The notes under the pieces are model-generated. The model was not told the origin of the DNA, ran no database searches, and saw nothing but the letters and a program-made list of their open reading frames with translations. This document shows, in pieces, positions 19,373 through 29,051 of a stretch of 64,000 bases of DNA (positions within the stretch are counted from its first letter, which is position 1; the number at the start of each line of letters is the position of its first letter). Both the position numbers and the translations under genes were made by a program. The DNA is from Ostreococcus lucimarinus (lineage: Eukaryota). The stretch lies in assembly GCA_000092065.1 (NCBI GenBank), contig CP000584.1; one strand, given 5' to 3'.

Positions 19373-20503
19373 ATGGCGCCGAACGACGGCGAACGAACGG
19401 CGTTCGCGCTGAAGATCGCGCGAGGGCGCGTCGTGGAGGTGACGAAGACGAACGGGGAGACGATCGAGGGGGTGTTCGCGGAGACGACGAAGAACGGCGG
19501 CGAGGCGACGATCAAGTACGGATGGACGAAACGCGAGGCGGGGGCGAAAGAGCGGGCGCAGAGGAGCAAACCGATGGAAACGATGGCGATCGCGATGGAT
19601 GAGATCGCGAGCATCACGGCGAGAGACGTGGGGATGAGCGATTTGGCGGTGGGGCCGAGTCGAATGAACGACGACTTCACCGACGGCGGCATCTCGAGAG
19701 GGGCGACGGGACAGGATCGCGAACTCGTCGCGTGGGCGCCGGAAGAGGGCGATGGAGCGAGTGGGATGACGCTCGAGGAAGAGGCTGGGATCGGGGCGAA
19801 GAAGGCGGCGGCGGCGGCGTGGGGGAAGAAATCCGGCGGACAGTGGGACCAATTCTCCGCCAATAAGCAACTCTTCGGCGTCGACACCAAGTTTGACGAA
19901 TCCTTGTACACGACGACGATCGATAAGGCCAAGGGAGGGATCTCCGAAGCCGAGGCCGCGCGCATCGCGTACGAGATTCAGAATCAAATCTCGGACAACC
20001 CGCACGTCGCGGAGGAACGTGGCCAAAAGGCGCTCGCGGATTACGACGAAGAGGAACGATACTCCTCGGTGTTGCCCACGCCGAAAGGCGCGGCGCCGCC
20101 GACGCCGGCGTGGGGCTCGGGCAAGGTGCCGAGCACCGTCGCGCAGCACGCGGAAAAGAAGCCCGCGGGTGAGAAGGCGAAGGACGTCGCCCAGCCCGCG
20201 GACGCGTCCAAGTCCAAGCTCAACGCCGACGCCAAGTCTTTCTCTCTCAGCGCCAAGGCGGCCGAGTTCGTGCCGACGTTCAAAAAGCCAGCCGCGCCGC
20301 AAGTGCCGCCCACGGGACCGCAAATGATGATGTACCCGGGTATCCCGCAAATGCAAGGCCAAATGATGTACATGCCGCAAATGGGCATGGGCGTTCCGCC
20401 GCAAATGCGAGGCATGATGCCGGGTATGCCGTACATGCCGCAACAAGGCATGGGCGTCCCGCACGGTGCGCCTCCCACACGACCACCCGAGGGTGAGAAC
20501 TGA
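19373..20503 (+). CDS. Ataxin-2/Pbp1-like protein (Sm-like + LsmAD domains, PAM2 motif)
   Basis: ATG at 19373 (MAPNDGERTAFALKIARGRVVEVTKTNGETIEGVF, Sm-like) in frame within track ORF 18428..20503. LsmAD WDQFSANKQLFGVDTKFDESLYTT. PAM2 LSAKAAEFVPTFK. M/P/Q-rich tail. Confidence 0.8.
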   Translation: MAPNDGERTAFALKIARGRVVEVTKTNGETIEGVFAETTKNGGEATIKYGWTKREAGAKERAQRSKPMETMAIAMDEIASITARDVGMSDLAVGPSRMNDDFTDGGISRGATGQDRELVAWAPEEGDGASGMTLEEEAGIGAKKAAAAAWGKKSGGQWDQFSANKQLFGVDTKFDESLYTTTIDKAKGGISEAEAARIAYEIQNQISDNPHVAEERGQKALADYDEEERYSSVLPTPKGAAPPTPAWGSGKVPSTVAQHAEKKPAGEKAKDVAQPADASKSKLNADAKSFSLSAKAAEFVPTFKKPAAPQVPPTGPQMMMYPGIPQMQGQMMYMPQMGMGVPPQMRGMMPGMPYMPQQGMGVPHGAPPTRPPEGEN

Positions 20504-20775
20504 GCTCGCGTTCGCGTACACAACGAGCGAGTGCGTTCCATAGGCGTCGCGCGCGCGCCATCCGAAACCGTCAAACCGTCGACGCGCTCGCTCGACGTTT
20601 GATTTTGTCCGTCTCCGACGACGCAATAACACATTACCGACAAAACATATTATCCAGGCGACTCCGACGGCGCGTCGCGTCTTCGCCTTTCGCGACCGTC
20701 GACGCGAGCGCGAAACGACGTCCCGACGGGACGACTGGCGACCCCGCGCGGCGGTTACCGCACATCGCGCCGACG

Positions 20776-21897
20776 ATGCGCGTCGCGCGCGCCTTCGTCG
20801 TCGCTTTCGCGCGCGCGCGCCCGCGAGTGACGCGCGCCGCGCGTCCGAGCGCGCCCGCGACGAAACCGCGCGTCTGCGCCCCCCTCTGCGCGTCCGCCGA
20901 CGACCGCGCGCTGCACAGCCTCGACGGCTGCGACGACGCCAGCGACGCGCCGTACGTCGTCGTCAAGCGCGTCGACGCCCACGACGTCGGCGCGCTCGGT
21001 GATGTGTTACTTTCTCTCGGTGCCTCGTCCGTGTCGACGATCGACGCCGACGCGGGGACGGAGGACGAGCACGAAATCTTCAGCGCCAACACGTTCGAGG
21101 AGCAGGCGAGCGACAAGACGAAGGCGCGCGTTTGGGCGAAGTGCCACGTGACGGCGTACTTTGAAGATCACGCGCGAGCGCGCGCGGGAATCGAGGCGGC
21201 GGAAGAAATTTTGGGGATTTCGTTGGAAGCGTCGTACGCGGAGTCGAAATCAAACGATTGGGTGCAGGCGGTGAAGGATAGCTTTACGCCGACGAAAATC
21301 GCGGACGGGCTGTACATCGTGCCGGATTGGTGTAAAGACGTCGATGCGAACGCTGTGAACATCGCGCTGGAGCCGGGCATCGCGTTCGGTACCGGTGAAC
21401 ATCCGACGACGCGGTTGTGCCTGCGCTGGCTGAAACAGACTTTGGCGAGGCGAGGGAAGACCGAGCTCGTGGTCGATTTCGGATGCGGCTCGGGCGTACT
21501 CGCGATCGGAGCGCTCGTCATGGGGGCCGACCGCGCGGTGGGCGTGGATTTGGCGAAACAAGCCGTGCAGAGTTCTATCGACAACGCCAAGTTGAATGGT
21601 GTGGAGGATCGCTTGACGACGTATCTTGGCGACGGACGCGATCCCGGAACTCCGGGCGCGAACGGGCAGGCGGACGTCGTCGTCGCGAATATTTTAATCG
21701 GCCCCGTGCTCGAGTTGGAGCCACTCTTCGCGGGGTACTGTAAAGTCGGTGGCGAAATCGCGTTGAGTGGGATTTTATACGGTGAGCAGAGCGCATCTGT
21801 CGTGGCAAAGTACGCGCGTCATTTCGACAATATTTGCGTCGTCGAGGAAGGTGGGTGGGCGTGCGTGCACGGCGTACGAAACGGAACGCCAGTCTGA
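20776..21897 (+). CDS. prmA: Ribosomal protein L11 methyltransferase (PrmA-like), organelle-targeted
   Basis: ATG at 20776 (MRVARAFVVAFARARPRV) within track ORF 20599..21897. PrmA strings LEPGIAFGTGEHPTTRLCLRWL, VVDFGCGSGVLAIGALVMGADRAVGVDL, VVVANIL. Confidence 0.85.
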   Translation: MRVARAFVVAFARARPRVTRAARPSAPATKPRVCAPLCASADDRALHSLDGCDDASDAPYVVVKRVDAHDVGALGDVLLSLGASSVSTIDADAGTEDEHEIFSANTFEEQASDKTKARVWAKCHVTAYFEDHARARAGIEAAEEILGISLEASYAESKSNDWVQAVKDSFTPTKIADGLYIVPDWCKDVDANAVNIALEPGIAFGTGEHPTTRLCLRWLKQTLARRGKTELVVDFGCGSGVLAIGALVMGADRAVGVDLAKQAVQSSIDNAKLNGVEDRLTTYLGDGRDPGTPGANGQADVVVANILIGPVLELEPLFAGYCKVGGEIALSGILYGEQSASVVAKYARHFDNICVVEEGGWACVHGVRNGTPV

Positions 21898-22016
21898 TTG
21901 ATGGTTCTTCGTCGTCATTGTTATTGTGTCGTAGTTTTCTAATACAAAAATTCGCGTGCGCGCGCATATTAACAAAAATTACGAATCCAGTCGTCGTCTA
22001 CATTGCTCGCTTAACA

Positions 22017-23942
22017 TCATTCGCTCGAAACCGGCTCTTTTCCGCCGCCGCCGCACACCTCTTCGCCGTCTTCTTCGCTTTCGTCACCGAGCATAAAGGC
22101 ATCCGACTGCATCGCATTCTTCTGCATAGAGATAGTCGTACCTTTACTCACGCTCGGCGTACCACCGACGCGATTGAAAGTTGTTCCCGGTTGATCCATG
22201 CGCGATTCCGTGCCGGTGGCGTGCGACGGGCTGTCTGGTCGGCGCAAGTGCGTACCGTCAAGCATCGCTCGTGTATCCATGGCAGCGTTATCGTCGACGT
22301 TTTGGAAAGAGCTGAACCCACCTCCGAAAACTCCAGCACTCATGGCGCCATCGGTTTCCCCCTCAACTTCACCGTGCATACCCAAGCCACCGCTGGCGAC
22401 GTAGCCGGCGTTGGGGTAAGAGAACAGTTGCCCGCCCTGCGCGCTCGATCCCGCCATGCCGCTCATGGGCATCGTCCCCCAGGACACTCCTCCCGGTGCG
22501 CCGATGAACGACGATGCGATACCACCCCGTCGTGGTGCGTGGAGAGCGACATCACGTCGGTGAGTGGCTTCGCGCAAATCCGCGACGAGCCCCGGATCAT
22601 CGGGCGTCATTTCCAACGCCTTGGTCAAGTCGCCGATGGCGGTGCCGAAATCTCCCTCGGTCACCGCGGCGAGCGCTCGCGCCTTGAGTGCGAGTGCATT
22701 GTTCGGTTCGCGCGCGAGCGCGCGAGCTGCGAGTTCACCCGCTCGCACGGGATCGGCTCTCCGAAGCGCGCACGCGCTCGCTTCGAGCAAGCACGCCGTC
22801 TTCAACTGTGAATTTCGCTCCGACGATCCACCCGTCTCTTCGGTTTCAAACATTTCAATTTGATCGATAAATCGCAGGGCGTGTCCGTACGCGCGCTCGG
22901 CGGTGCCGAAATTCTCGATCGCCTTGAGCGCATCCGCGCGAGCCTTGAGCTCGAGCGACGCCGGAACGAGCGATTCTCGCGGTACGTCCCACGGTTCTTG
23001 ATTATCCCACCGCGTCGGCGCGGGCAGAATGATTTGCTTCGATTCGACCTCGGTACCGACACCTGCCGCTCCTCCCTCACCGGCGAGCAAGCTTCCAGCC
23101 GCCTTGATGTCGCCACATTCCACCTCTTCGCTATTGCCCAGGCCCGAATCCGCGCGCCCGCCTTCGCCGCGCGAATTCGTAAGCCTCTGCGCCTCGGTCG
23201 AATCCACCGGACGCGCGCGGTCGCTCGACACCGCCGCCGTGTTCGAATCTCCCGCACTATTCGCCGGCCGCTGTGCGTGTCCGTGCACCGTGCTCGAACT
23301 CCCCGTCGCGCCTCCGCGCCCGCCGACGCGACTTCGCGTCAACCCGGGCGCCGCGCCGCGCCGCGCCGCGCCGTCCGCATTCGTCGCGTCGACCGTCGCC
23401 GCCGCCTCCTCACCCATCGCCCGCGCGCGCGCCCTCACATTCCCGGCTTCGTCTCCGTTCACGACGTCGTCGTTCGACCGCACGGCTTGCGAGTTTTGAA
23501 TCGAGTGCGTCGCCGCGCGTCGCGCCCCTTCGTCCCCGATCACCGTGGCGTGTCCCGGATTTTCGATCGACCGCGTCACCGCCGCCGCGTCCACCGCGGG
23601 CATTCGTGTCTCGTATCCGCCGTCGTCGTCCAAGTCTCTCGCGGACCGTTCGACGTCCGCGTCGTCGTCCGCGTCTTCGTCCCCTCGTCGCGTCCCGCGT
23701 CCCCGTCGCCGCGCTTCGCCCGCGCCGCCCGCGCCGCCCATCCCGAACGCCGATCCCGACGATTGCGCCGCGCGCGTCGCCGCGGCGCGCTCGGGCGACG
23801 CCCGCAGCGCGTCGTCGTCGAGGCGTTCGGCGCCGTCCGTTCGCATCAGCATCGGACTCAGATGGGTGTCACCCTCGGACGTCGTCGCGTCGAGCGTCGC
23901 CAGCGACGCCGCGCCCGTGGATCCGCCCGCGCTGCGCGCCAT
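22017..23942 (-). CDS. TPR-repeat protein with a long low-complexity N-terminal region
   Basis: ATG at 23942 (MARSAGGSTGAASL) within track ORF 22017..24437(-). TPR-like helices AERAYGHALRFIDQ.., ACALRRADPVRAGELAARALAREPNNALALKARALAAVTEGDFGTAIGDLTKALEMTPDD. Confidence 0.65.
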   Translation of the reverse strand: MARSAGGSTGAASLATLDATTSEGDTHLSPMLMRTDGAERLDDDALRASPERAAATRAAQSSGSAFGMGGAGGAGEARRRGRGTRRGDEDADDDADVERSARDLDDDGGYETRMPAVDAAAVTRSIENPGHATVIGDEGARRAATHSIQNSQAVRSNDDVVNGDEAGNVRARARAMGEEAAATVDATNADGAARRGAAPGLTRSRVGGRGGATGSSSTVHGHAQRPANSAGDSNTAAVSSDRARPVDSTEAQRLTNSRGEGGRADSGLGNSEEVECGDIKAAGSLLAGEGGAAGVGTEVESKQIILPAPTRWDNQEPWDVPRESLVPASLELKARADALKAIENFGTAERAYGHALRFIDQIEMFETEETGGSSERNSQLKTACLLEASACALRRADPVRAGELAARALAREPNNALALKARALAAVTEGDFGTAIGDLTKALEMTPDDPGLVADLREATHRRDVALHAPRRGGIASSFIGAPGGVSWGTMPMSGMAGSSAQGGQLFSYPNAGYVASGGLGMHGEVEGETDGAMSAGVFGGGFSSFQNVDDNAAMDTRAMLDGTHLRRPDSPSHATGTESRMDQPGTTFNRVGGTPSVSKGTTISMQKNAMQSDAFMLGDESEEDGEEVCGGGGKEPVSSE

Positions 23943-24157
23943 GTCGGCGCGCGCGACGCGCGAAGACGCGTCGCGGTGTGCGACTCGGCGGCGTCCGCGC
24001 GGCGGGCGACGCGAACGCGAACGCGAGACGCGCGCGAACGTCGAGGTCGATATCCCGAATCGTCGATGTGAATGAATTACACGAATCACACAAAAAGTTA
24101 GTTCGTTTCCCAGCGCTCGCTCGTCGCGATGACGCGTCGAAATCGCCCGTCGTCGCG

Positions 24158-24640
24158 TCACCGCGCGTTGGGATCGAGCGGAAACGACGCGCGCGCCGCG
24201 TCGCTCGGAAACGGAAACGGAAACGCGACGCCGACGCCGACGCCCGCGATCGCGCGCATCGCGTCGATCGTCATCGTCGACGACGACGACGACGACGCGC
24301 GGTGCGCGTGACGCGCACCGCGACGCCCGCCGCCGCCGCGTCCCGTCGACGCCGGCTCGCCTCCGTCTCGCGCCGGCGACGACGCGTCTAGAACTTCGTC
24401 GTCCGTCGCCTCCTCCGTCGTCATCTCCGCGTCCCACGAAGCGAGTCGTCCCGTCATCGTCGACGTCGACGTCGTCGGCGTCTCCGAGTCGTTCGCTTCC
24501 TCGCGCTCGCGCTCGCGCTCGTCCCGCCTCGCGTCTCGCTTGGCCAGTCGTCCGTCGCGCACGCCGACGGCTTCGACGTACGCGTCTCGTCTTCGCTTGC
24601 GCCCGCGCGCCGCGCGCGCGGCGTCACCGTCGTCGTCCAT
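24158..24640 (-). CDS. Doubtful small acidic ORF (160 aa)
   Basis: ATG at 24640 (MDDDGDAARAARG..) inside track ORF 24158..25102(-). An AT-richer patch at ~24700-24730 could be its promoter. The composition is low-complexity and no family was recognised, so it may be non-coding. Confidence 0.2.
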   Translation of the reverse strand: MDDDGDAARAARGRKRRRDAYVEAVGVRDGRLAKRDARRDEREREREEANDSETPTTSTSTMTGRLASWDAEMTTEEATDDEVLDASSPARDGGEPASTGRGGGGRRGARHAHRASSSSSSTMTIDAMRAIAGVGVGVAFPFPFPSDAARASFPLDPNAR

Positions 24641-24984
24641 GGAATCCACGTCGCACGCGGCGCGCGCGCGCGCGTTTTCGAACGAACGCGCGAACCACCG
24701 GTCGGTGATTGATTGTATTGATTTTTGAACGCGATGCGCTCGAGCTCGACGCCGCGACGACGCGACGACGCGACGACGCGACGCGCGACTACCGACGACG
24801 CGACGACGACGATCGCGACCGATCGGATCGATCGCGCGTCTCGCGGTGTCGCGCGCGCGGCGTCGAACGCGCGTCTTCCATCGATCGATTCGACGCCCGC
24901 GTCTTCTCGGCGACCGACCGAACGCGACCGACGACGCGATCGCGACGAACGGCGCGTTCGACCGACGTCGAGATCGAAATCGAA

Positions 24985-25014
24985 CGATCGCACCGCGATC
25001 GATCGGTGCGATCG
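24985..25014. repeat. Perfect 11-bp inverted repeat with an 8-nt spacer (hairpin-capable), ~107 nt upstream of the DDX3 ATG
   Basis: cgatcgcaccg (24985-24995), spacer cgatcgat, cggtgcgatcg (25004-25014). The arms are exact reverse complements. Confidence 0.85.
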
Positions 25015-25120
25015 AACCTCGACGCGTCGATCGAACGATCGTCGAATCGCGCGATCGACCCATCTGGATCGCCGTCGGCGCCGACGTCACGCCCGGCGGC
25101 ACAGCGCGACGGACGACGCC

Positions 25121-25331
25121 ATGAGCGACTGGGCCGACGACAGCGGCGATTTACCACCCCTGAGCGCGGGACTGCCGCCGCCACCGACGACGACGACGAC
25201 GACGACGATACCGAAACCGTCGACGTCGGTGCCGGCGCCGCAGGTCGCGTCGCCGCAGAAATCGGGATACGTCCCGCCGCATCTGCGGAATCGGCACGCG
25301 GCGGCGGGCGACGGCGGGTCGCGAGGATTCG
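25121..25331 (+). CDS. DDX3: DEAD-box helicase DDX3/Ded1-type, exon 1
   Basis: ATG at 25121 (MSDWADDSGDL..) in the frame of track ORF 24725..25399. It contains SGYVPPHLRNR, the eIF4E-binding-type YxPPHLR motif of DDX3/Ded1 N-termini. The exon ends at G|GTGCGT (phase 1). Confidence 0.7.
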
Positions 25332-25579
25332 GTGCGTCGACGACGACGGCGCGACGCGCGCGAACGACGGCGACGGCGACGACGAGAGGGAATTTTTAAT
25401 CGATCGATCGCGCGCGCGCGATGACGCGCGAACGCGTCGCGCGAGAGAGGGGACGCACGCGATCGCGATCTCGACCGCCCCGCACGATGGCGACGGGCGA
25501 TAACATTGAGGCGTAACCCTGGACGAGCGCCGAGGCGGGCGACTGACGACGAACGACGCGCGCGGTTCCGATCGAGCAG
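25332..25579 (+). other. Intron 1 of the DDX3-like gene (248 nt)
   Basis: Donor GTGCGT at 25332. GACTGAC branch motif at 25541-25547. Acceptor gagCAG at 25577-25579, 33 nt after the branch A. Splicing is phase-compatible and yields ..[33 protein letters not shown].., a typical RGG/W-rich DDX3 leader. The exon-2 frame is open back to the in-frame TGA at 25507. Confidence 0.7.
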
Positions 25580-27193
25580 GCGGTGACGATAGACGAGGCG
25601 ATGGATGGGATACCGGACGCGACCGCGGCGGCGGTGGATGGGGCGGCGGCGGCGGCGGTGGATGGGGCGGCGGCGGCGGCGGCGGACGGTTTTCGCGCGG
25701 GGAAGACTACGGCGGGACGTCGTTCGGGCGGCGAGACGATCGCGGGGGAGGAGGCGGAGGATGGGACACCGGACGGTCGCGATTCCGCAGAGAAGATAAC
25801 CCGTTCGCGCAAATGGAAGAGGAAGAAGCGGCGGCGGCGAGAAACGATCCTGACTCCGAGGCGACGAAGATGTTTACCGGCGAAAACACCGGTTTGGACT
25901 TTGACCTGTACGACGACATTCCCGTGGAGACGAGCGGACGCGACGTGCCGGAGCCCATCACTTCGTTCGTCGACCTCGACCTCGGGGCGGCCGTGAACAC
26001 GAACATCAAGAGATGCAAGTTTAAGAATCCGACGCCGGTGCAAAAGTACGCCATTCCAGCTTCGCTGGCGGGAAGAGATTTAATGGCGTGCGCGCAGACG
26101 GGTTCCGGTAAAACGGCGGCGTTTTGCTTTCCCATCATCGCCGGTATCTTGAAGCGCGGTCTTCAAGGCGGTCATATGAACCGCAAGACGTATCCTCTCG
26201 CGCTCGTGCTTTCGCCGACGCGCGAATTGGCGAGCCAGATTCACGAAGAATCGCGGAAGTTCGCGTACCAAACCGGCGTCGCCTCGTGCGTCATCTACGG
26301 TGGCGCTCCGGCGGTGGAACAATTCCGCGCCATGGAACGCGGGTGCGACATTCTCGTCGCCACGCCGGGTCGTTTGATCGATCTCATCGATCGCGCTAAG
26401 ATCTCGTTGAGCAGAGTTCAATATCTCGCGCTCGACGAGGCGGATCGCATGTTGGATATGGGTTTCGAGCCGCAAATTCGACAAATCGTCGACGAGCGCG
26501 ACATGCCGCGATGTGGCGAGCGTCAAACGATGTTGTTCTCCGCAACGTTCCCGAGGGAAATCCAGCGAATGGCTTCGGACTTCTTGGACGATTACGTCTT
26601 TCTCACGGTCGGTCGCGTCGGCTCTTCGCACGCGTTGATCACGCAATCCGTCGAGCGCGTGACTTCGTACCACGAAAAGAGCAATATGCTTCTCGATTTG
26701 GTCGAAGCCGTGCCGGGTTTGACTTTGGTTTTCGTCGAAACGAAGCGAGGTGCGGACCAGCTCGAGGATTTCTTGTACCAAAACGGTAAGCCCGCGACGA
26801 GCATCCACGGCGATCGCACGCAGCAGGAGCGCGAGGCGGCGTTGAAATCCTTCCGAGCGGGTAAGACGCCCATCCTCGTCGCCACGGACGTCGCGGCGAG
26901 AGGTTTGGATATTCCTCACGTCACCCACGTCATCAACTTTGACTTGCCATCGGATATCGACGACTACACGCACCGCATCGGTCGTACCGGGCGCGCGGGG
27001 AAGAAGGGTCGGGCGACGGCGCTGTTTTTAGAATCCAAAGACGGCCAAATGGCTCGCCCGTTGACGGAGCTCATGAGCGAGGCGAACCAGGAAGTGCCGA
27101 CGTGGTTGACGCAAATCTCTGGCCATTCCTTCGGCGGTGGTGGACGTCGTCGCGGTGGTGGTGGCGGGAATAGATTCGGCGGTCGCGACTACC

Positions 27194-27240
<47 letters not shown>

Positions 27241-27255
27241 TGGGGCCGCGAGTAA
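25580..27255 (+). CDS. DDX3: DEAD-box helicase DDX3/Ded1-type, exon 2
   Basis: Includes track ORF 25813..27255. Q motif [13 protein letters not shown], motif [19 protein letters not shown] (LDEADRMLD), [23 protein letters not shown], and a Gly-rich tail (poly-G encoded by (ggc)n at ~27185-27240). Confidence 0.9.
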
Positions 27256-27617
27256 ATCGACCCGCCTCGCGCGTTCGCGTTCCGAGTATGAAATCCTAGA
27301 TGTGTGCATCTGTTAGATGTTAGACATTCGTGTTGTGACTATTTTCTACACTATCCCACTACGCCATCACACGTCCCCTCGCGTCTCGGCCGCCGACAAA
27401 GACGACGAAGCCTCGACTCGACGAAAACGGTCCCGCGCCCGCCCCCCTCGCAAAAGATTCCTCTTCGGCACGCGTAGGAATAAAAAACCAAAATCACCCC
27501 GAAACCCCGTATACAACGTGAAACGAGTCGATGTACCGCGCACCCCATTTGTGCGACGGCGTCCCCCGCCTCGTCGTCGCGGCGTCGTCGTCGCGGCATC
27601 GCGCGACGCGTCGGACG

Positions 27618-27680
27618 ATGAAGTTCGGTCAGCTCTTCGCCGCGACGACGGCGTCGATGGCGCCGAACGTGCGAGAGCAG
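27618..27680 (+). CDS. SPX-domain protein, exon 1 (21 codons)
   Basis: MKFGQLFAATTASMAPNVREQ in the frame of track ORF 27531..28034. MKFG is the canonical SPX N-terminus. The exon ends at CAG|GTGCGC. Confidence 0.75.
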
Positions 27681-28020
27681 GTGCGCGACGCGAACGCGCG
27701 AGCGCCCGGAACGACGCGACGACGACCGCGCGAACGACGACCGCAAAACGGGGCGACGGGCGATGGCGCGGTAGAATATTCCCAGCGCGCGACCGTCGCG
27801 GAGGGGGGGGGAGGGCGCGCGTCGCGCGCGTCGCGCGCTCTAAAGAGAGACAAGAATGCGCGCGAAGGATGCGCGCGAGGACGCCGCGAATGGGGACGGT
27901 TCGCGCGCGATGGTGGGCGTCGAGCGCGCGAAGACGGCGAACGGAGGGCGGCGAGACGCGCGAACGACTCGAGGGCGTTGACTGACGGATTCACGCGATG
28001 CACGCGCGCGGGAAGCGTAG
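27681..28020 (+). other. Intron of the SPX gene (340 nt)
   Basis: Donor GTGCGC at 27681. GACTGAC at 27981-27986. Acceptor cgtAG at 28019-28020, 35 nt after the branch A. Phase 0. The spliced N-terminus MKFGQLFAATTASMAPNVREQFLDYKLLKQVLK aligns without gaps to the plant SPX consensus (MKFG..x17..FLxYKxLKKxLK). Confidence 0.75.
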
Positions 28021-28752
28021 TTTTTGGATTATAAACTCTTGAAACAGGTGTTAAAGACACTTCCGGAGAATAAGGGCGATGTGAAGCCCGCGACGGCGGG
28101 GGAGGTTCACGCGGGGGAGCGGGCATTCGTGCAGGCGCTGTCCAACGAGTTGAAGAAGTTTAACGAGTTCTTCATGAACAGAGAGGAGGAAATCGTCATG
28201 AAGGAGGGTCATTTGCAGCAGTTATTCGATCAGAACGAAGAGCGCATCGCGAGCGCGTTGAGCGCGGGGGTGTACGACGACGCGTGTTTGGCGGGAGACA
28301 CGGGCATTTGCCAGAAATTTGCCAACTTTCACGGAGAGCTCGTGTTGTTGGAGCACTGGACCAATTTAAACTACGCGGCTTTGGTGAAAATTTTGAAGAA
28401 GCACGATAAGCGATCGAGCTTGGCGCTGCGTTCTCCTTTCCTAGTCAACGTCCTGCAGCAGCCTTTCTACAGCACGGAGGTGCTCACGGCGATGATCGGT
28501 CGCGCCGAGGAGCGATTCCGCGCCATCGAGCACAGGATTCGAGAATTCTTGGGCGAGCACGTCCCGCGCGCTGAGCTCGGGACATCGCCGCAGGTGCAAC
28601 TGAGGGTATCATCGGACGGAAGCGAGATTAGCGACGACGACGACGACGCCTATTCCATCGAGCACACCAAAGCCGCTCTGAACTGCTGGCAAGGTTTGGA
28701 CAAGAGCGAGGCTTTGCAAAACCCGCTCGGCACGCCTCACGACGTTCAGTGA
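28021..28752 (+). CDS. SPX-domain protein, exon 2
   Basis: Track ORF 28024..28752 (TTG start in the track); the reading frame opens at 28021 (F). SPX strings LNYAALVKILKKHDKRS, FVQALSNELKKFNEFF. Confidence 0.85.
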   Translation, partial: FLDYKLLKQVLKTLPENKGDVKPATAGEVHAGERAFVQALSNELKKFNEFFMNREEEIVMKEGHLQQLFDQNEERIASALSAGVYDDACLAGDTGICQKFANFHGELVLLEHWTNLNYAALVKILKKHDKRSSLALRSPFLVNVLQQPFYSTEVLTAMIGRAEERFRAIEHRIREFLGEHVPRAELGTSPQVQLRVSSDGSEISDDDDDAYSIEHTKAALNCWQGLDKSEALQNPLGTPHDVQ

Positions 28753-29051
28753 AAACTTACGCACTAGTTTCTCGCACTCCCACCGCGCGTCGTGACATCT
28801 CGCGCGTGAATGACGCATATTACCCTAGCTCAGCCACACGTCTGGCTGACCACCATTCTTTCCTTGTTGTAAGCTTTTTTTGTTAACTTGGCCTCGAACC
28901 GTCTTGTCTCGCGCGCGCGCATCACGAGCCATTCATCCGCGCGTCGTCGGACCGATCGATCGGCGCCGAAGCGAAGGGACGCCACGCACTCACCTCCAGA
29001 GTCGAGACCGCGCGCGCGCGACATCGACGCGCGCTCGATACGACGGCGCAA

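Noticed and set aside
22860-24391. Plus-strand ORFs 22860..24071, 23029..23499, 23273..24391 and 23545..24075
   Set aside because: They are antisense or alternative-frame readings of the TPR gene and its GC-rich upstream region, with R/P/S-rich composition and no domains.
25813-25815. Met 25813 as the start of the DEAD-box helicase (as in the ORF track)
   Set aside because: The frame is open upstream and encodes a DDX3-type RGG/W leader. A phase-compatible intron links it to an exon with the YxPPHLR motif. The track begins here only because this is the first ATG/GTG/TTG in the frame.
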